Positions 55,521 through 64,000 of a DNA stretch of 64,000 nt are shown piece by piece. A program made the translations under genes and the position numbers. How positions within the stretch are numbered: position 1 is the stretch's first letter; each line of letters begins with the position of its first letter. The notes under the pieces were generated by a model. The model saw only the letters and a program-made list of their open reading frames with translations. It was not told the DNA's origin and made no database searches. This stretch comes from the human T2T-CHM13v2.0 reference genome, Homo sapiens. Location: the NCBI RefSeq assembly GCF_009914755.1, contig NC_060931.1; one strand, 5' to 3'.

Positions 55521-58500
55521 GCAGGAAAGGTTTGAAATACTCATGCACAAAGTGGGGGAGCAAAAGAACTGTGCCTGGACTCAGAGGGCAGATGAGCATC
55601 TCCCAAGGGCTTTCTTTCATTCTTGAACTTGGCCTATCACCATAAAACTGTAATTCTCTCATACTGACCTGTCAGAAACTACCTAGGGCCTACTGTAGTG
55701 AAAGTAAATAGAAAAAGTACCTGAAGAGATGGGACTTGCCCTGTGTTGGTTCATAAAAGAGAATTTAAGCATATACTGCAAACTGAAAAACGGTGAGCTT
55801 CTTCAGGGCAAGAACCAAGTCCTGTATTTCTATCTTAAACACCTAATGTTCTGAAAGTTAGTCACTTGTCCACAAACACTTTGCATGAGGAAGAAAATGA
55901 ATAATTAAAGGGATAGTCTCTTTTGCCTTCTTTTGCTTGTCAAAGTCCTAGTAACTTTCTTACTTTGGATAAATAGAAACTTGCCCAAGTATTGCTAAAG
56001 ACAATGGTAAGTGGAGAGGGAGAGATAAATATGTCCAAAAACTTAAGGCGGAGATGTACAATATGCAGACTTTGTAAAGAGAACTTTTTTGTTCACATTA
56101 AACATATCAGGCACATTGACCATGTTGCTGAATATCCCACAGTTATGACTACTAATATGGTTAGTTCACCTCATTTCATTTCCAGCCAAACAGGAAAATA
56201 ATGTTTATTACAGAGGCTAAAGATTTAGCAGAGTCAACTTTGTGTTTTTAGGCAACAGGAAAGAATAGTGGCACAAATCTTTAAACAGAAAATTTATTTC
56301 AAAAAAATCACTTCTATCTGATTTTGAATACTTTAGTGATTATCCCATTTCTTTGCTCCCATGTGAAAATTAGCCTATATTTCTTCACCACCTCAAAGCC
56401 TATTGAGTGTCAAGAAGCAGCAAGGCTGAAAGTAGAGGTACTTTTTGAAATATATATTGAAGGAGTAATATTCTTGATTAAATTATTCCAAAAATCCAAA
56501 GACCTCAGTTCAGTTCTTCTGTCTTAATACAATTTTCTGCAACAAATTGTGTCAAACATCTGAGCAGAAACAAGTCACAGGTTAGATTTCTTGGTGGCAA
56601 AAGGAAGCGTCTTTTAAAAGTTGTAACTAAAAATAAGAAGTGATCTATGGGGTAGAGTGGGATGGGAGGAAGGACTGGTGGGTGGGAAAGAGCAGTGCTC
56701 AGACCCCTTCAAGGTCTACCACACTGCTGGTGAGAAAAGGCCTGGAGAAAGGGCCTCCACAAAAGGCAAGTGGAGAATGAGCAGACATGTGGTCCAGCAT
56801 GGTGGCTGTTGGCAAGACAGAGGAGTGCTGGTTATACCTGCTGCAAAATTCTCATAGGATATCCCAGCAGGGAGTGCCATGGTGGAAGGGGAGTGTTGGA
56901 GTTCCAGGGCTGGGCATGGACATCAGGGCGAGGCTCGTGTTGGGAGAAGATGATGCAAGTGGGTGAAGCTGAAATAAAAGGGAGCAGCATATTGGAACAT
57001 GACAGTCCAATTACTGACTTTGAGGACTAGTCCATGGAATGCAAGACGGGTGGTCACAATAAACCCAAACTAAAGAGACTCCAGAGACATGAAGAGAAAA
57101 AAGAGAACCTGGTAAGCCTGAAACCCACGTTGTCACATTCAGTCCCTCGTACTGGTTACTCTCAAAGAAGCCTGTCTGCAAAAGCAGCCCTGGCTTCCCA
57201 CTTGCTGTATTGATTACATCTCCTCTCCATGGGTGGTGGGGCCAAAGCTCCAAATGAGATTCTTCTCCAAACGTCTAAAGTTTCATGTTCTTTGCTTTAT
57301 TTCTTGCCAACGTAGGAGTAAAGTTGTGTTGAAAATGACTGTCTCGCTATGGAAAAGTGACTCTGTGAAGAGGAATTCAGCATTCTCGGCCAAACCAAGA
57401 AGGCCATTAATTTATACCATAAAACGGACAGCCAGAGAGTACAAGAAGTGACACTGCTGTGCTCAGAAGCTTCTTGCAAGTGTAAACAAAAACCTTGGTT
57501 GTTGCTGGTGACTGGCTGTTTTTCAGAATCTGACCAAGTTTTAGAATGGAAACAATCAAGTAGTGATGTCAATGTCCCCCTGGGGTCTAAACATCTTTTC
57601 TAACCTTATTTCCACCCATTACTTGGCTCTATCCATATAACGGAGTATAGCGTGATGCCTGTTGAAACAAATGAGACGGAATGCAAAGTCATCTGCACCC
57701 TAATTGACAAAGAATGGATTAGATATTTGGGGGTAGGGGTGTGTATGGGTGTGTCTCAACTCTCTACTATGCAGCAAGGATCCACACTTTGGTGGAGACT
57801 TTTCATTAAATGATGCTTACTTTGTGTCCCGTGGTCTCGCAAAGGTCCTCCACAGCTGCCAGTATAGTCACACAGCTTAAAGCCTTATAAACATGTGGTT
57901 TATTCCCCAGGGTTCTCTGCCCTGAACTTCTTATCATTGACAATGGGGCCTGTGTTACAGAAGCCTAAGGTTGTGGCTAATTCTCCTATGTCGTTAGAAA
58001 GAAGAGGGAAAAACATTCCTTGACCTTTAAATAGAAAGTTATGCACATGAACATAAAAAGATGGTAATAATGAAAGTATTCTTTAGAATGGTGGTGCCCT
58101 GGAAACTAATAACCACTCTTAGAGCCACAAAGAAGAGCAACTTATTGCAACTGAGTTTACTTTGTGTTCAAAGATTGCCACTGGCTTATTTCTCTTTGAT
58201 TGTTGTACTCTTCAGTGTGATGGTTTTCTTCAGGCACACACATGCAGCCGGTAGAAGCAGGGAACATGCTCAATACATGATCAGATGGATACCTGTATAT
58301 CCCATAGAGAGCAAATTCAACTTGTCATAGGGTGCTGTTACCTGGTGACCCAATATTATATGCAACTGAAGCCTCCTTTCACTCTCAAATGTATCCCAAT
58401 TTAGATGATAGATAATATGGTCACCCTCTTTAGTCACCTCTTTATCTGATTTTCTATCAGATACTCAAATCTCTGTGTTCTGGAGAGGTTATCACAAGAG

Positions 58501-58557
58501 GAAGACAACATGGGGTGATGATGACAGGTTTCCCCAAGCATCTGAATGCTGTCTTAC

Positions 58558-58622
58558 CACTTCAGAGGTCCATGAAAAACAGATTTCAGCTCATTATCTA
58601 GATAAAGTTCTATTGATATAAC
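58558..58622 (-). other. Candidate exon (65 nt)
   Basis: Acceptor ttttcccttttgggtcag|GTT; donor GTG|gtaaga. Confidence 0.2.
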
Positions 58623-59029
58623 CTGACCCAAAAGGGAAAAGGCTATGCTGATAGGCAGTGAAAGCATTCAAGCCAAGGACTGGAAGATCATCTCTCAGAG
58701 ATGCCACTGACAGTTCGTGTTGGATCATTGGCTAACAAACCACTGTAAGATGCATAGAACCCATTGGAGAGCGTGAAACAACCAGTCCTCATCTTCATGA
58801 ATTCCGTTTCACTGGGGTTATGTGGACCCCAGGAATATGCATTTTTCTTCTGTTAATTGTAAAAATGAAATATGAAATAGCATAAGAAAGTTAAAGTTGT
58901 CTGAAATCTCATCAACCATCAACAGTCAGTGGCCACTCTTTCCTACATTGCTACACAAATTATACCACTGAAGAGGTTTTATTATAATATTATTTGTGAG
59001 TTTTTTTCACTCATTTCTCCTCTTTCCAC

Positions 59030-59890
59030 CTGAGTATCAGCAGTGTTATAAACCTGATATATACTCTTTTATAAATCATTCTCCATGTTAACATAATCAT
59101 AGACAAAAGAACAAATATATACATGCGTGTAAATAATGGTTTTGTCTTTATTTTTCTAAATAGTGTTGTATTAGGCACACTTTCCAACATTTTGCTTTTT
59201 TTCCCACTTAATGCACAGAAAGCTGCCAAATCAACTCATATTGGTATTATTAATTCTCTTTAAGGTCTTGAAATTCTCCTATGATATGACTACTTTTGAG
59301 AACTCACTCTGCAGTTTTTTTGGCACTAGCCATAATGCTGCAATTAACATCTTTTTGCCAGCATTTTAAAGACCTGCTTTATTTTCCAGGGAATAGATTC
59401 CAAAGGCTGAGGTTGCCAGTCAAGGAATGTGTGTTCTTTTTGTGTGAATAGATATTTCCAGATTGTTCTCCTATCCACCAACAATGTGTGAGGGGATGCC
59501 TTTCTCCACATCCCAGCCAGTAGTATTGGTTCCCACTTTTTTTCATATTTACCAGTTTGATGGGTTTTATACTTCATTGTTACTTTAATTTCCATTTTTC
59601 TGATCTGTAGTGAAGTTAAGCATCTTTTCATATGTTTATTGACTTTTTGGATTCTCTCTTTGTAAAGAGCTTATTCATACCCTTTGCTCACTTTTCTTTT
59701 GGGCTGTTTCTAAGAGTTCTTTCTTTATTATAGGAATAAATCCTTTATCTGTCATACAAGTTGAAAATATTTTTCTGAGTTTATGATTTATATTTTAATT
59801 TTGTTTATGGTTTCTTTTGCACCATTTAAAACTTTATTTATATATAACTATGTGTATCTTTTCTTTTGTGGATTCCTGGTTTGCTCTTTC
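59030..59890 (-). mobile_element. Old L1ME-like fragment
   Basis: gaagttaagcatcttttcatatgtttattgac. Confidence 0.75.
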
Positions 59891-60989
59891 AGTCATGACT
59901 CAACCATTAGGCTTGTCACTATGATGGAGAAACACTCATCTAGAAGATCTCAAAGTTCCCTTCATGCTGTTAATTTTATGACTGTAAGTCTAAGATACTA
60001 CTCCCATCTTTCAAATTCAAATGCTATGGAATGAGATCTTGCTGTCAGATTTTAAGGTAGATAACAAACAAGAAAGTGAAATGAGAAGCTAGGCAGCTCA
60101 TGAACAAACAGGCCATCTGTAAAATTTTAATACAACTTCAAGAAACCTAGCCATGTGCCATCTTATCAAATTCAAAGGTAATTGTCCTCAAGAGAAAAAA
60201 GAAGCCACCACAGGCCATTGAATGAACGCTACATTCTTGGGGGCACTAATGACCAGGAACTCCTTCATTCCAGCATTTTCTTCAGGCTTGCTAGGGCAAT
60301 GCTGGCAACCAAAGTCTATTCTTTCTTTGGCTCGTAATGCCCAATAGCCAGCATAGACGGTGTTTACCTCAAAGGGAAAGTCTGATATGAATGAAACCCA
60401 GCAAATGAAACCATAGCTCTGAATATTACTTTTTTTCTAAAAGAAACCTAGAAGGTATTACTTGCCAGATTTCCATCTCTGGTGAAAAATATGCAGGATT
60501 TAATTGATTCCTGCAGAATCTCTTAAGCCAACGAAAGGGATATGTCTCAGAGAAACTTCCTTGTTGGCTGTTTTACACGTATGTGCGCGCACACACACAG
60601 AGACACACCACTGCCCTGAGACTTCACAGCCAGACTCCTGAGCTTGCCGACTTACCAAACCAAGTCTGAGTCATCAGTTTTCCAGACCCCATCCCTCAGG
60701 ATAATTGAGACACCAGTGGTCATCCCCTTAACCATCTCTCCAACCCTTCCTTAAAGTAATCTTTGTACTTTAACAAGTGCTACAAAGCCGAAAAGCAAGA
60801 CCCTTCTGCTAAAGTTATTTAGTGGTTTTTTTTAAAAAAAAAAGAAGTATAAATTTGGCAGTGAGGATTTACACAGGGTAAAGGCAAACTAAACTCTACT
60901 TCCAGGGTATGCGCTTCCACCTAATGTTTCTGTGCGTTTAAACCCCTGTTCCCTCCAAATGAATAATGGGAGCTCACTGTGCTGATTTA

Positions 60990-63900
60990 AGTGACAGTCC
61001 CAGGTGCTCTAACTTCAGAGTTCTTTAATACAGAGAGATTTTTCACCCTGCTTGGAATGGTCCAGATTCCTCCTTTCCCTGCTTTCATAGGGAAGCAGCT
61101 GAGTGTTGTCTTAGGAATTCACAACCCCGTGCAGATCGGTGCCCCTGTAGCTCCAGGACTGAGAACCTCAGCTGCATTTGCAGTTCTTCCTAGCAATTTT
61201 CTTCCACCATCAGCTTCCTCTTTCATCATAACATCAGCCTTCCCAAGGGGCCAACACTGTCCCCAAACATCCAAACTGCCTCTCAGAACTGGATGCCATC
61301 AACGTTATGACCCCACAAATTATAAGCAAATCTAATGCCCCACTTAATGCTTTCCTTGCTGCCTCAGGGAAGGAAGTACTCCACCTCTCAATCAAACCTC
61401 CTCCTTATACCTGTGCTCTGGGCTTCCCATCTCTGCTACTACCATAATCTATTAATTATATTAATATTATCCCCTTTCTTATGGCTTGAATCTATCCAGT
61501 TCTCTATCTGTCCTTTCTCGTCAGCCGACAGACATGGGCTGGTCTGTTCCAAGTGTGCCAAGTTTACTTTTTCTCTTGCAGACACTCTCTCTCATCCTTG
61601 AAAGAACAGATTCCTCTTGCTATCTTTCTTTTACCGCTCCAATGACAGACCTGTCCCCATTCATTTCTATCCTTACTAGAGTAAAATATGTTTGCTAAAT
61701 AACTTCTGTCACATCTGAAAGGGATTTTACTCATCTCACTTGACTTCTCTATAGCAACTCACCCCTTTGGCTTCTTCATTCGTGAGCTGGTCTCTGATTT
61801 TGTTTAATTCCAGGACATTGTTCTCCCTCCTTGGGTTCTCTTGCTAGCTCTTTTGCTTCTTCTTTTTAGGACCCTGCATAGGCTTTTCTTTCCTTAGTGA
61901 CCATAAAGCATAGCATCCTGTAAAATTCTGTCTTTTGTCTTGAATCTTGATAGGTTCTCTTTGGGTGACTTAATTCAATATACAAGATTTCAACCAAAGC
62001 TTGGTTTCCAAATGCATGACACTTAAGAGACACAGGATACAGGTTCCTCTCCATAAAGAAATTCATCATGTTTCCCACTAGCAAATCTACACTTCCCCGC
62101 CTTTCCCATTTTCATGACCGATGGCATAGTTTGCCTAGTTTTTCTGGGAGGCAATCTGGACAACACCTGCTTTCTTAGCCACCACTATCCCAACCTCTGT
62201 TTGCTCAACACATTCAAATCCGCTCCACTGTTGCTGCCTTGGTTAGGATTGTGTTATTTATCACTGACTCTTGCAGCAACCCTATAAATGATCTCCCTAT
62301 TTCCATGATCAACTCCGTCCCGGCATTCTGAGTTCCCTTCATGGGATGATCATCCTAAAATGAGAATCTGATCATATGACCTAGCTGCTGAAATTCCTTC
62401 AGGAGAACCCTGTCCCCACAGGATCTTCGTTCGGAGGACTGAACTTGAGATGTTACCGACACTCCCTGCCTCTCTCTGGGCTGCAACCTGTGCTTCAGCC
62501 ATGAAGACTTGCTAGGAGTCCCCTACATTTCATTGTCTTTATCCCCTTTGAGACTTTGAAAGTGACATTTTCAAGTCTAGAGTATCATTTAAAGTTTTGG
62601 TGGAGAGATTTAATGAATGCATATATATGTGCAAATATATATTTATTTATGCAAAGTAGTTTAATTTTTCCTTTGAAGGTTTTGTTGTTTGTCTTCTTGG
62701 AGCTAGAAATAAGTTTTCTGAACCTCTGGGCTCTTTGAAGTCTGGTCATGCTTGGGGATAACTGACAGTGTCATCGAAGCCACTCTTTTAAGAAGATTGA
62801 AGGTACAAGATGTGAGTTATATTGAGTTATTTGGACGAGTTTTTCAAATATTGATCATCCAGCAAACTCATACCCCGTCTCCTACTCTCTGTGCCATTTT
62901 CTCCCTCCCACTTTTGGTCTCTTTTCTTTCCTCATCTTTCCTCATATCATTGTCCAGTTTTAGCAAAAGTATCAGAGGATGTACTAGCTTTGTAAGTAAA
63001 TTTAGCTGTTTCACATTTTCCAAATAAACTTTAGAGATTTTTTCCTGTATTGTCATAAAGCGATTCCCTTTAAAAGTAAACTGTGTTTACTTGCACAACA
63101 CCCCTATCTTTAGCAAATGACTTTGTGTCTTCCCTGCTGTTACTGAATTTTCTCATTTTTCCTTGACCACTTAGCCACCCCTTTGTGCCCCCCAACCGCC
63201 GCAATACACAGCTCCTTACCCATCCTCCCAAAACATGAAAGGAAACATTCCCAGCTCCAGACACTAAGATCAGTAAATTGCAGGGCTCTGATGTCCTCCA
63301 TGAATGCAGGCCTTATGAAATATACCAGTGACAACTTAGGAAGAAGATACATACTTCCATTCAACTCCCCATGAAGCCTAACCCAAAGGGACTCTGTAGG
63401 ATGGATGGCCAGGCTCAAGCACAGCTTAGAGCCAGAGCCAACACCAGAAAGAGGGACAAAGCTTTGGCCTTCTCAAAAAGGCCAATGTCCTACCAGAAAA
63501 CCTAGAACAGCTCTGCAACCCAGGTGCCCTTATTCTAACTGACCTAACAGGCACTAAATGTGGTATTCTTCTGATGTGCCAGGCAGTGTCCAATTGCATA
63601 CACTGTAGAATTTAACATTTTTGCTTTCCTGCACAAATAAAAATTAAAAGTAATATCTGAGTACATAAGAAGTTGCAGATGACTGCTAACATCCTTAAAT
63701 GGGTTCACAGAATAAAAGCCAAATTCTCATCTCCTACCTCCCCTTCCTAGATATACTACATTCTGACCACGGGGGGTTATTGGCATGTGTGCTTGTTTCA
63801 CATGCCTGGACATTTGCACATATCTTTCCTTCTTCCTGGAATGTTCCTCCAGTTCCTATTCATCCTGCAAGACAAAGCAGTAGTCCTTTATTATGAAGCC

Positions 63901-64000
63901 TTGGTAGACACCTTGCTGATCTTAGATCCTCCTTCCCTCCCAATTTCACTTTGTGGCTCTATTACATCAATAACCCTACTGTGCAGTACTCATTTGGCGG
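60990..64000 (+). mobile_element. Degenerate L2 fragments
   Basis: aatctgatcatatgac, tttgcacatatctttccttcttcctggaatgttc. Confidence 0.5.

Overview
Primate non-coding genomic DNA, rich in Alu, L1, L2, MIR and MaLR repeats. Some young AluY copies hint at an Old World monkey, but this is not proven. The ORF track contains no convincing long coding region. The left end looks like the terminal exon and 3' UTR of an unidentified minus-strand transcript: splice acceptor at 3808-3809, AATAAA at 1510-1505, and a U/GU-rich downstream element. The rest looks intronic and carries several small candidate minus-strand exons. The most unusual signal is a cluster of local inverted duplications of largely non-repeat sequence: 14463-14777/15265-15573, 25392-25544/26261-26412, 47306-47603/48618-48910, and a tight hairpin at 29517-29648. 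In two of these, one arm is bracketed by a degenerate direct repeat with junction microhomology. A third has a 9-bp fold-back at its junction. These are signatures of replication template switching. A probable MER121 ancient conserved element lies at about 43975-44150. All repeat subfamily calls and identity values are by-eye estimates.
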